Below are positions 26,578 to 36,500 of a DNA stretch of 64,000 nucleotides, in pieces; position 1 is the first letter of the stretch, and each line of letters starts with the position of its first letter. The DNA comes from Dehalococcoidia bacterium. Lineage in GTDB: Bacteria > Chloroflexota > Dehalococcoidia > Lucifugimonadales > GCA-2712585. The stretch lies in NCBI GenBank assembly GCA_965247585.1, contig CBDFHC010000001.1, positions 17,042 through 81,041 on the forward strand, in the 5' to 3' direction. The translations under genes and the position numbers were made by a program. The notes beneath the pieces were generated by a model. It worked only from the letters and a program-made list of their open reading frames with translations, did no database searches and was not told the DNA's origin.

Positions 26578-28365
26578 ATGGCAGCCAGCAGCACCAAAGC
26601 ACGGGTCAAGGGAAAGAAGAAGTTGGACTCGTTCACGGCGGAGATTATGCGCAGCTACCTGGTCTCCACGGTGGAGGAGATGGTGGAGATAACGGTGCGG
26701 GCGGCGTATTCAACGTGCTTCAGCGAAGGGCGGGACTTCACGTGCGCGCTGTTTGACGACAAGTCCCGGATGATTGCGCAGGCGTATGGTATCCCGGTGC
26801 ACTCGGGGGCGCTGTTCGACCCGATAGAGACGCTGATGGCGACGTACGATACGTTTGAGGCGGGGGACGTAATTGTTTTCAACGACCCGTACAACGGGGG
26901 GTCGCACCAAGCGGACGTGGTGGTGGCAAGCCCAATTTTTCTGAAGAAGCGGTTGCTGGGGTTCGCGGTAAACCGGGGGCACTGGGTGGATATTGGGGGC
27001 ATGGCGCCGGGGGGCTGGTCCGGTACGGCACGGCACGTGATACAGGAGGCGCTGATTATTCCGCCGGTGAAGCTGTACAAGGGGGGAGTGCTGGACCGGG
27101 AGATACGGGACTTTATTCTGAAGAACGTCCGACTTTCCAAGCAGTGCTGGGGGGACATCCAGGCGCAGATAGCATCAAACATTGTGGCGGAACGGCGGGT
27201 CCTGGAGCTGATCGACAAGTACGGGCTATCGCAGGTGTTAGAGGGGATGGAGGAGGCGCTGAGGTATTCGCGCAGGAGGTTTACGCGGATGCTGGAGGGG
27301 CTGCCGGACGGGGAGTGGGAGGGGACGGAGTACCAGGAGGACGACGGTCAGGGAGGCGGGCCGCACAAGGTGCAGGTGAGGTTGACGAAGAAGGGACGCC
27401 GCGTTTCGATGGACTTTTCAGGGACGAGCCCGCAGGTGAGGGGGCCGGTGAACTGCACGTTCACGGAGACGAAGGCGGGTTGCTACACGGCGCTGATGAA
27501 TGTTGTGGACCCGGGGGTGCCGCTGAATTCCGGTGCGATTGAGGGGATTGAGGTGAAGGCGCCGTTGGGGTGCATGGTGAATCCTACGTACCCAGCGCCG
27601 GTGTTTTCGACGACGTCCGACCCGCTGAACAAGGTGTATGAGGCCGTGTTGAAGGCGATGGCCCAGTGGCTGCCGGACCGGGTGACGGCGGGGAGCTATT
27701 GCACGATGAATAACTGCACAGCGTCCGGAGACCTGCCGGAGGATGGCGAGGAGTTCATCTGGTATCACTTCGGGCCGGGCGGTGTTGGGGCCAGGGCGAC
27801 GAAGGATGGACGTGACGGGGACTGCCACGCCATGACGAACGCGAAGACGGAGTCTATGGAGCTGTGGGAGGTGCGGTACCCGGTGCGGTTTGAGAGGTTG
27901 GAGTTGATAGAGGATTCCGGCGGGCCGGGGAGGTACCGGGGTGGACTGGGGGTGAGCCGCCAGATCCGAGTGCTGGAGCCGACGTTCCTGACGGGATGCG
28001 CGGACCGGCACGAAATTCCGCCGTGGGGCATTGATGGGGGCGGGGAAGGGAAGCCCAATAAGTTCGCGCTGATTCGAGACGGTAAGGAGTGGGACTTTCC
28101 GGGGCTGTACGGGACGTTGTCCAGCTCCAAGTTCACGAACCTTCCGCTGAAGGTGGACGATATCTTCGACATACGATCCGGCGGAGGGGGAGGGTACGGC
28201 GACCCGAGGCTACGGGAACCGGCGTCGCTATTGGGGGATGTGCGCAACGGCTACGTGTCGCCGGAGAAGGCGAGGGATGATTATGGGGTGTGGATTGATC
28301 CGGTTACGGGGAATGTGGACGAGGTTAAGACGGAGCGGCTGAGGTCACGGCGCGGCAAGGGGTAG
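26578..28365 (+). CDS. Hydantoinase/oxoprolinase family protein, B (HyuB-type) subunit, copy 2
   Basis: 595 aa. ..DSFTAEIMRSYLVSTVEEMVEITVRAAYSTCFSEGRDFTCALFD.. and ..GGGGGYGDPRLREPASLLGDVRNGYVSPEKARDDYGV... RBS AGAGGAAG lies before the ATG. Confidence 0.9.
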   Translation: MAASSTKARVKGKKKLDSFTAEIMRSYLVSTVEEMVEITVRAAYSTCFSEGRDFTCALFDDKSRMIAQAYGIPVHSGALFDPIETLMATYDTFEAGDVIVFNDPYNGGSHQADVVVASPIFLKKRLLGFAVNRGHWVDIGGMAPGGWSGTARHVIQEALIIPPVKLYKGGVLDREIRDFILKNVRLSKQCWGDIQAQIASNIVAERRVLELIDKYGLSQVLEGMEEALRYSRRRFTRMLEGLPDGEWEGTEYQEDDGQGGGPHKVQVRLTKKGRRVSMDFSGTSPQVRGPVNCTFTETKAGCYTALMNVVDPGVPLNSGAIEGIEVKAPLGCMVNPTYPAPVFSTTSDPLNKVYEAVLKAMAQWLPDRVTAGSYCTMNNCTASGDLPEDGEEFIWYHFGPGGVGARATKDGRDGDCHAMTNAKTESMELWEVRYPVRFERLELIEDSGGPGRYRGGLGVSRQIRVLEPTFLTGCADRHEIPPWGIDGGGEGKPNKFALIRDGKEWDFPGLYGTLSSSKFTNLPLKVDDIFDIRSGGGGGYGDPRLREPASLLGDVRNGYVSPEKARDDYGVWIDPVTGNVDEVKTERLRSRRGKG

Positions 28366-28384
28366 GGGGAGGTGGGGGGGTGTG

Positions 28385-28700
28385 TTGGGTACTGAGGGAC
28401 ACGCTCAGGCTCCCGGCAGAGAGGGACAACCACCTCTGGACTCCCCTGGGAGGGACAGAGGAACTTTGCGCCGGTGGAGGCGGAAAGGCCCCCTGGACTC
28501 TGACTAGCGGGCATTTCAGGCGGACTGAGGCGGAAATCTGGGAGGATCAGCTATGGAGATGGGGATGGTGCCCACAAAGGGGAGCGAATCACAGGTTGGT
28601 GGTTCCCATCTACCCGCCCCGGAAGGTTTTAAAATGTATTTCTGAGGGACACCCTCAGGCTCCCGGCAGGGAACCTGGGGTCCCTGCACTCTCCTGGGGG
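28385..28700 (+). repeat. Intergenic mosaic repeat (A 3' fragment + full A)
   Basis: CTGAGGGACACGCTCAGGCTCCCGGCAGAGAGGGACAACCACCTCTGGACTCCCC (about 28392), and ..GCGAATCACAGGTTGGTGGTTCCCATCTACCCGCCCCGGAAGGTTTT..CTGAGGGACACCCTCAGGCTCCCGGCAGGGAACCTGGGGTCCCTGCACTCTCC (about 28642). Confidence 0.85.
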
Positions 28701-28765
28701 GGTGGGCCCTGATAGGGCAGGAGAGATGCTCTTAAGAGTTTGAGACGATCATTAGGAGTGGCAGC

Positions 28766-29350
28766 ATGTATCGGATTAAGCCAGTGCCCCGGGAACGGGC
28801 GGCACCGCAGGTGCAGGAGTGGTACCGGCAGGATATAGAAACAAGCGGGACGGTCCAGAGCGCCAGCGCTATCTACAGCCACCGGCCGGCGGTGTTGCCC
28901 GCGTTCCGTGAGCTGATCAGCGCGGTGGACGAGGCCAGCGAGCTGCCGGAGCAGATCAGGTGGCTGGTGGATGCCAAGGCGGCCTCGCTGGTGGGGTGTC
29001 CATCTTGAATGGACCACAAGGCTAGCGGAGCTAGTCTCTCGGGCATACCTCACGAAAAGATAGTGGCCATCCTGGACTTCCGGAGCAGCGAGTTGTTCAC
29101 GGAGGCGGAACGGGCGGCGTTGGAGCTAGCGGAGGCGATGACGATTACGCCGCCTGTGGTAACGGACGACTTGTACCGGCGAGTGGGGGAACATTTCGCC
29201 GAGGGGCAGGTGGTGGAGCTGGCAGGCAGAATTGCGGTTGAGAATTTCAGGAGCCGGATCAACCGGTGCTTTGACGTGCAGCCTACCAACGTCTATTCGC
29301 GATTGTCGGAGCTGCTGAGCGAGGCAAAAGGGTCCGCGACGGCCAGGTGA
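28766..29350 (+). CDS. Carboxymuconolactone decarboxylase/AhpD-like protein with in-frame TGA (candidate selenocysteine; alternatively a disrupted gene)
   Basis: ORFs 28766..29008 and 29009..29350 are contiguous in one frame, separated only by TGA (29006..29008). The joined text ..AASLVGCPS[TGA]MDHKA.. places the TGA at the second Cys of the CMD/AhpD CxxC..H motif. A hairpin with a G-rich apical loop lies at 29020..29036. RBS AGGAG lies before ATG 28766. Confidence 0.6.
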
Positions 29351-29499
29351 GGTTGAACGTACGGAGCTTTGACTAGATGTGTAAAGCACACCCTCTGACT
29401 CTCCCCCTCAATAGGTAGAGAGGAATATTGTTGCTAGACGGGCTATCCCCATCTGAACATTCCGAGAGGGCTTCTCAAGCGGATGAAGGGTGCTGATTT

Positions 29500-29715
29500 A
29501 GAGGCGGTCAGCCTGGAGTAGGGGGTTGGAGGCAATGAATGGCTACAAATTGAAGGTTGGTGCTACCCACCCATCCGCCACGGAAGGTTTTAACAACTAA
29601 TTGCTGAGGGACGCCCTCAGACATCCGCCAGAAGGGGCCATCCACCTTTGGACTCCCCCTTGGTAGGCGCATGTAGGGTGGCGGCGGTGCTATTTCCATA
29701 GGAATGACATGACTT
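29500..29715 (+). repeat. Intergenic mosaic repeat (A + E 5' part)
   Basis: ..AAATTGAAGGTTGGTGCTACCCACCCATCCGCCACGGAAGGTTTT..CTGAGGGACGCCCTCAGACATCCGCCAGAAGGGGCCATCCACCTTTGGACTCCCCC.. then ..CTATTTCCATAGGAATGACATGAC.. Confidence 0.85.
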
Positions 29716-29781
29716 GCGCGGATGCTCAGTATACGACGAGGTGACTGTGAAAAGCGGAGGAGGTCAAAAACTTAGAGGCTC

Positions 29782-30630
29782 TCAGTGGATGAAGGCGGCG
29801 CAGCGGTCCAGGTAGGGTAGGACGATGTCGCGGCCGGCGGCGGGGAGCATGAAGATGGTGCGTTCAACGCCGGGCAGGTCGAACTGTGCGACCATGTCCG
29901 GCTCCGGGCGCAAGCCGTAGGCCGATACGGAGATGGAGGCCGGGTTTCGCCCAGCTTCCTCCGATTTGCGGCTGAGGGCGGCGAGCCTCTCGGGGAAGTT
30001 GGCGCCGGTGGTGTAGGGCCGCACGTGGGGCATCCAGCCGTCGCAGTAGTCGACGACGCGGTCCAGGGTTGTGGGGCCGTCACCGCCCATGATGATGGGC
30101 GGGTAGGGCTTTTGCAGCGGCTTAGGGTAGCACCAGATTTTGTCGAAGTTGACGAATTCGCCGTGGTACTCGGGCTGGTCCTGGGTCCAGATCTCCTTCA
30201 TGGCCTGGACGCGCTCGCGCAACAGCCGCCAACGGGTCTTGTATTCGGTGCCGTGGTTGGCCATCTCCTCGGCGTTCCAGCCGCCGCCAATGCCGAGCTG
30301 GAAGCGGCCGCCGGAGATGAGATCTATGCTGGCCACCTGCTTGGCGGTCATGATGGGGTCCCGCTCGACGATAACGGAAACGCCAATGCCTATGACCAGG
30401 CGGGTGGTGACCACGGAGGCAGCGGCGGCGCAGACGTAGGGGTCGTGGGCGTGGATGTATTCGCGGGGCAGGTCCAGGTCACCGCCGGGGGTCCGGCTGA
30501 CGCGATTTACGGGGATGTGGCTGTGCTCAGAGAGCCAGATGGACTCGAAGCCGCGTTGCTCCACCTCCCGGGCAATCTCCTGGGGTGGCATGGTGTATTC
30601 GGTCAAGAAGGTGGCGACGCCGAATTTCAT
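29782..30630 (-). CDS. LLM-class (luciferase-like) F420-dependent oxidoreductase family protein
   Basis: 282 aa. MKFGVATFLTEYTMPPQEIAREVEQRGFESIWLSEHSHIP.. and ..FQLGIGGGWNAEEMANHG.. are typical of LLM-class F420-dependent oxidoreductases. RBS GAGGAG lies before the ATG. Confidence 0.85.
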   Translation of the reverse strand: MKFGVATFLTEYTMPPQEIAREVEQRGFESIWLSEHSHIPVNRVSRTPGGDLDLPREYIHAHDPYVCAAAASVVTTRLVIGIGVSVIVERDPIMTAKQVASIDLISGGRFQLGIGGGWNAEEMANHGTEYKTRWRLLRERVQAMKEIWTQDQPEYHGEFVNFDKIWCYPKPLQKPYPPIIMGGDGPTTLDRVVDYCDGWMPHVRPYTTGANFPERLAALSRKSEEAGRNPASISVSAYGLRPEPDMVAQFDLPGVERTIFMLPAAGRDIVLPYLDRCAAFIH

Positions 30631-30802
30631 GGTTGGCTCCTCAGCGGGTGGGATTGGGGAGGTGACGGTGGGGACCAGTTTACCGATTAATGCCAGTGGA
30701 CGGGAAGCGTTATCGGTGAGGTGGCGAGGCCACTCACTGGCCCTGTCCCTGAAAGGGGCGGGGACTTCAGGAGGGGCGCGGCGGACGGTAAGGCGGGAAT
30801 GA

Positions 30803-30997
30803 GGCCGTCCTCATGGACGCGTGTTAGACTGCGCCAGCGAATCGCGAGCAGAGGTGTACGGGCAACCGGCGGAGCGCGACCGTTTCGAGGCGTTCCGGTG
30901 CGCCGGGGCGGATAGCTATGTGATCAGAACGCCACCCGTCGACTCGGAGAAGGAGATGGGGGAGCAGCTTGAGCGGATTGCGAAGGCGCTACTCTAG
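30803..30997 (+). pseudogene. Possible 3' remnant of another LLM-class oxidoreductase gene
   Basis: A short open frame ending at TAG 30995..30997 reads ..VYGQPAERDRFEAFRCAGADSYVIRTPPVDSEKEMGEQLERIAKALL*. This has the same layout as the C-terminal tail of the neighbouring LLM protein (..AYGLRPEPDMVAQFDLPGVERTIFMLPAAGRDIVLPYLDRCAAFI). No upstream body is present. Confidence 0.3.
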
Positions 30998-31008
30998 CAA
31001 ACAGGTGG

Positions 31009-31593
31009 TTGATGACCATCCGAGTGGACCAGAATAGGGTTATCTTCACGGGCGAGAACCCGTTCATACGCCTGGGGCAGGAGGAGGGGGGCGAGCTTAC
31101 GACGCGTACCAGCTTGTGGCGGTGCGTCTACTCGCCGGCGGGACCGGGCCACACTTTGTTCATGGTCAGCGAGCTGACAGACGGTAAGGCAAGGATCTAC
31201 TCGGACAATATGGCGTTGGCCAGGTGGCTGCAGGAGAATCTGCAAGGCTACATGTACGCGCCGTTTGGGGACCGGTATATACCGGTGATAGAAGCGGTGT
31301 TCGGGCGGTCCGGGGACGTTAGGTCGTTTTGGACAGAGAATGTCCGGTCTGAAACCGACGATGTAATGTTGACCTGGTACGATTTTTTGGCGCCTTTTCT
31401 GATAAACACGGTGCCGGGAAGCCGTCCGCCCAATCCCAACGGTCTTTATACGCTGCTCTTTCCAGCCACAGCGGCGAGGCTGGTGTTAAACGGCGAACAG
31501 GCCGCGGGGAGGCCGCTGGCAGAGTCGCGGGACGGCAAGTCCATGAGCACGTGTTGCCTGGCCTTCGCCGAGACGTGGCTGGCTAGGCCATAG
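31009..31593 (+). CDS. Hypothetical protein
   Basis: 194-aa ORF with ordinary composition and no recognisable motif. It is the only long ORF in this stretch and is not antisense to another gene. Confidence 0.5.
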   Translation: MMTIRVDQNRVIFTGENPFIRLGQEEGGELTTRTSLWRCVYSPAGPGHTLFMVSELTDGKARIYSDNMALARWLQENLQGYMYAPFGDRYIPVIEAVFGRSGDVRSFWTENVRSETDDVMLTWYDFLAPFLINTVPGSRPPNPNGLYTLLFPATAARLVLNGEQAAGRPLAESRDGKSMSTCCLAFAETWLARP

Positions 31594-31628
31594 CCGGGTG
31601 AGGCCGACCTACAGCCGCGCTTCGTTTA

Positions 31629-31961
31629 TTAACGGGCGGCGATGCCTCGCATGAAGCGTTGCAGGTTTTCCACGTCCTCGGGCGAGAAGCGACCGTTGGG
31701 GGAGCGGACGCGGAGGGCGTGGGCGTAGGTCTGGAGGGCGAGGGTCTGGGCCTGGATCCACCGGTTGCCCTGGGTGCTGTTTACTTTCTTCCACAGGAAG
31801 GCGGGCCAGGCTACGGCGCCGGCAAGGGAGCCCAAGATTCCCACGGCGGTCCAGCCCTGGAACCCGAGGATGCTGTATAGCGTCAAGGCCACGAAGACGA
31901 ATGCTAATTCAATGACGAATTTGTTATATGAAGGCATGTTCTGAGTTGATAGTCCGGTCAT
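31629..31961 (-). CDS. Small hypothetical membrane protein (two predicted TM helices)
   Basis: ATG at 31961 is preceded by AAGGAGATATCC. The product is MTGLSTQNMPSYNKFVIELAFVFVALTLYSILGFQGWTAVGILGSLAGAVAWPAFLW.. The ORF-track extension to 32063 lacks an RBS. Confidence 0.6.
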   Translation of the reverse strand: MTGLSTQNMPSYNKFVIELAFVFVALTLYSILGFQGWTAVGILGSLAGAVAWPAFLWKKVNSTQGNRWIQAQTLALQTYAHALRVRSPNGRFSPEDVENLQRFMRGIAAR

Positions 31962-32681
31962 GGATATCTCCTTTGTTAAGAGGGTTTTGCTAACTTCGCG
32001 GGCTGAAAGCGGTGAAGGGTAGTTGGGCGCCAGGGAGCGGGACCTCGGCGTGAGGACGGCCACAGGGTGGGGAGGCGCCGAAGGCTGGGGTGATGCCGGG
32101 CGAATGGGTATGGGGAAAACAGGCTAATGCGGAGGGTCCGGTGCTGACCTGAGGAGAGGCCGGTTGGCGTGGGACTCGAATGCGCGGCTGACCGGGGTGG
32201 GGAGAGTGGCAGCCTGGCGCAGGGACAGGAGTCGTGCTCCCGCCGGGTATGGAGCCTTCAAGCCTCACCAGGGGGCCAGGAATGGGGTTGACCCCCGGGG
32301 CTTGGCCTAGCGATGTTGAGGGTTGGAGAGGAGTTGGACCGGCACGGTAAGCAGGCGGCCCGGCGCCACGGTGATGGGGATATAGCAATGTTATGTCACC
32401 TCCCTACGTAGGGTGCGGATAGTCCACCGGTATGGGTGCGCAGGATGTCCGGTGGTACCGGCGTGCTAGGCGGGTTGTCTATATCCAACGTATCAGCCGC
32501 GGAGCGGCATGCACAGCAGGCTCACACGCAAATGGGTGAGGGAAAAGCAACCAATTGCAGGGCGGGAGGTGGTTAGGTAAAGGGGGTGTTGGGGGTTTAC
32601 CCCACACCAGGATGCGCCAAAGTGCGCAAAGGGGAAGCGTTGTTGGTAACTGACGGGGTGTGGTCTAGATGTGGAGATGAG

Positions 32682-33292
32682 CCCATGCCGGTTAGGACCG
32701 GCGGCACTGTGAAGGGTGGAAAATCAGAGGTTGGTGGTGCCGCTCTCCTTCGAGGGCCTCAGGATGAGCGGGAAAAGGAAGCGCAAAGGTCTATTTGGGA
32801 GGCAATCAGCCATGGCGCTGGTTAGCGGCAGCGCGGAGGGTTGCGGGTCGACGGTTGGTGGTTCCCACCGTCCCGCCCCGGAAGGTTTTAAAAGTTTTCT
32901 GAGGGACACTCTCAGACTCCCGGCAGCACCACTTAGGTTCCCTATACTCTCCAGTGTGGTAGGAGGCGGAAGTGGTGTTTGAGCACCAATTATCCAGGGA
33001 ATCAGCCGTGGCGATGGGTGTCATTACTGCAGAGGGTTGCGGGTCGACGGTTGGTGGTTCCCACCCACCCGCCCCGAAAGGTTTTAAAAGGTTTTTCTGA
33101 GGGACACCCTCAGACTCCCTGCAGAGAGGCTGTGCCCCTCTGCACTTCTCCTTTGAAAAGGCGTCTTTGGACAAAGCGAATCGGGGGTTGGTGGTTCCCA
33201 CCATCCCGCCCAGGAGGGATCTAAAAAGGCTTTTCTGAGGGACGCCGTCAGGCTCCCGGCAGGGACCCCAGGTTCCCTGCACTCTCTTGTGC
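32682..33292 (+). repeat. Intergenic mosaic repeat (C + A5'/D hybrid + three A copies)
   Basis: CCCATGCCGGTTAGGACCGGCGGCAC.., then AAAATCAGAGGTTGGTGGTGCC joined directly to GCTCTCCTTCGAGGGCCTCAGGATGAGCGGG. Three A copies follow, with cores at about 32899, 33097 and 33235. Confidence 0.85.
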
Positions 33293-33574
33293 AGACGGTT
33301 CACTTTGATATTCCGGGCTGAGCTGTTGTCAAGGCAGTCTCGCGGGTGGGAAGGTGACGAGGAAACGGGTGGGAGGGGGTGTACGTAGAGGAAATGGTGA
33401 GTCCAACGGTAGGGGGACGAGAGGGAAGGCTCTTGGCGTCGGTGGAGGTGGGGGGTTGGACCGCAGGCTGTAGACGGCGGCGGCAAGAGGGGCGTCAGGT
33501 TGTGCTCTGGTATGAAACGAATGAGAATGGTTGCTACTTCGGGCGAGGGGGCCGGATTGGCCTGGTTTAAAACC

Positions 33575-36500
33575 ATGGTTTGGCTGTTGCGGCGGCGGCT
33601 ACGGACTCATTGGCTGCTATTGATGGTGGGCGCCTTTGGGGTGCTGGCAGCGTCGTCGTTGATATCGGTTTCGGACATTTACTCGCGGGCGCTGGCCGAG
33701 GGTGGGTTGAGGCACGTTATGTCAAACAAGGACTCGGCGTCTATCAATATGCGGGTGATAGTGCAGGAGAGGCCGCTGGGACCCAAGGACTATCCCCGGC
33801 TCAGGAGCGAGGTGGAAGGGATGCTCCAAGAGCACACGGAGTGGATGCTGGAGGGTACGGAGCGGTATGGGAGGCTGAGGGACACGGAGATGTCGCGGAG
33901 GGAGGACGAGCTGCCGACGGGGAGCTATCTAAGCCGGCCGTTCTTCCTGACGGGGTTCCAGGAGCACACGCGGATTGTGGACGGGAGATGGCCGGAGGCG
34001 GGGGCGGTGTTGCACGAGGACGGGGTTGATATGGAAGCGGTGATTGGGTTGGATGCAGGGGAACGGTTGAGGCTGGGGATAGATTCCAAGGTGTACGTGT
34101 ACCCGTTCATGTCCGAGCCGACCCAGCGGATCACGTTGAAGGTTGTAGGGCTGGTGGAGCCGCTGGATGACAGGGAAGACTTTTGGATGGGGTATCCGGG
34201 GTACTTCGATGTGGTGGACGTGACGGAGGACCGGTTCTCGCTGCCGGTATACCTGCGGGAGGAGGACTACCTGTGGGGGCTGGGAAGCCGGTATCCGAAT
34301 CTGATAGGCGAGTATGGTTGGCTGGGATATTTCGATTTCGACGTGATCACGGCGCCGGTGATGGAGCGGGCAGAGGATAGTCTGGCGGAGCTGGAGGTTG
34401 GGCTGAACAAGGGGGTGCCCAGGACGCTGGTAATAGCGGGTCTGAACAATACGCTGGAGAGTTACCAACGAGAGTTGACCCTGGCCAAGGTGCCTCTGTT
34501 GCTGTTCCTGACGATGCTGGTGGGGGCGATGCTCTATTTCCTGTTTCTGGCGATGGGGCTGCTGGGCCGGACGCGGCGGGATGAGGCGAGCCTGATGATG
34601 AGCCGGGGCGCCAGCGGGCTTCAGGTCTGGGGGTTGCTGCTGCTGAGTGACGGGGTGCTGGTGCTGCTGGCGGTGGTGCTGGGACCGTTGCTGGCGCTGA
34701 TTTTGGGACTGGCGGTGGTGCCGGAGCTGCCGAGCAGCATTGGAGGGGAGCAGCTAAATAACCCATTGAGCCTATCAGCGAATATGTTCCTGCTTTCAGG
34801 TGCGGGGGCGGTGGTGAGCTTTGGGCTGCTAATTTTCTCTGGCAGCTGCGCGGGGAGGCTGGGGATGGTGGCACACTTGAACGACAGGGCGAGGCCGCCC
34901 AGTCTTCCGTTGCTACAGCGGTATTACCTGGATGTGGTGGCGCTGGGGTTGATTGGGCTGGTGTGGTGGCAGATATATGAACGAGGAGGGTTCACCGCGC
35001 GAAAGCTGACGGGGATAGGGCTGGAGGTGGAGCCGAGTTTGTTGCTGGGGCCAATGTTGGCGTTCGCCGGGATAGCGATACTTATGCTGCGGGTGCTGCC
35101 GCTGGCGATAAGGGGTGCAAGCCGGGTGGCGGACCGTTTGGGTCCGATATGGCTATCGTTTGGGCTGAGGCGGGTGGCGAGGGACCCGCTGCCACACGCC
35201 TACCTGGCGGTGATGCTGCTGCTGGCAGGGGGGCTGGGTACCTTTGCCACGTCGGTGCAGGAGACGCGGTCGAAGAGCGAAGAGGATCGGGTGCTCTACT
35301 CTGTGGGGGCCGACGTGGTGGTGCAGGCGAGAGGAACGTCTTTGATGGAGGACCGGCTGGCTGAGATTGGCGAGGTGAAGAGCTTTAGCCCAATATACCG
35401 AGACATTCTTCAAGTGAGGGACAAGCCGGGGGTTGGCTCGGCGTTTTTGCTGGCGGCGGACTCGGAGATGATAGAGAACGTTTCGTGGTTTCGAGAGGAC
35501 TTCGCTGACGTAACACTGGGCGAGCTGGCAACGCGGATTAAGCCGGGGAAGCGGGCGAATGAAGGGATCAGTATTCCCGGGGAGCTGCGGACGCTGGGGT
35601 TGTGGGCCAGGGTGGATGTGCCCGGGATTGCGCCCACCATAACGTTAAGGATGCGAGATGCCAGGGGCCGGTTGGGTAAATTGACGATGGAGAAGTTGGA
35701 TAGCCAGGAGTGGACGTACCTGGAGAAGGAGACGGAAACGTGGCTGGGCGGGCTTGAAGCGCCGCTGGAGCTGTATTCGATTTCGATAAAGTATGTGTTT
35801 GCGGGGGGGCCGAAGATAGGGAGCGTGAGTATAGACGATGTGACGGTTACCAGGGTGGGGGCACCGGACCGGCGTGAAGTGGTGTACAGCTTTGAGGGGG
35901 CCAGCCCGTGGACGGCGTTTCCGAATAGAGGGCTGGTGCCGGACGAGGTGGAGCATTCGGCGAAGGCTGCACGGAGCGGTGATACGGGGCTGGAGTTTAG
36001 CTGGGCGGAGATGCTGGTAGACGCCAACCGGGGGGCGATAATTCCGTTGGGGCCGTTTCCGCTGCCGGCGGTAGGGGGGACGCCCTTTCGGACCGGAGAC
36101 ACGGTGCGTTTGTTGGTAGGGAGGGAGAGGGTACCGATCCCGGTGGAGGTAACCGGTGAGGCGCGGTTCTTCCCGACGGCGGGACGGCTGAACCAGGCGT
36201 TTCTTTTGGTGGACCTGGAGACGTATGCGGACTATTTGAGGGTAGTGGGCCTAGGGGGACGGCAAGGGCCGGAAGAGTATTGGTTGGAGCTGGACGGTGG
36301 GGAAGCGCGGGAGGCCGCGGTGGCTACTATCAGAGAGGGGATTCCGTCCCGGGCGGCAATTATAGACAGCGAGGATGTGCTGGAGGCATCACGGCTTGAC
36401 CCGTTGAACGGGGCTGGTTGGTGGAGCTTGAATGGACTGGGGCTGGTGGCGCTGGTGCTGGTGGTGCTGTTCACGTTGGTGTTGCATGGGACGGTCTCGG

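Noticed and set aside
31990-32388. 132-aa minus-strand ORF in the G-rich spacer
   Set aside because: It has extreme Pro/Gly/Ala/Ser composition and no RBS. It overlaps the leader of the small membrane-protein ORF extension, as expected for the C-rich complement of a G-rich non-coding stretch.
32290-32400. Cobalamin-riboswitch-like text (..GAGGGTTGGAGAGGAGTTGGACCGGCACGGTAAGC..CCCGGCGCCACGGTGATGGGG) and RNase P-like fragments (..GGAGGGTCCGGTGCT..) in the G-rich spacer
   Set aside because: The B12 box (GCCACTG) and the RNase P CR-I/CR-IV blocks (GAGGAAAGTCCGGGC, ACAGAACCCGGCTTA) are not actually present. No suitable downstream gene lies at riboswitch distance. Resemblance is limited to short G/C-rich strings.
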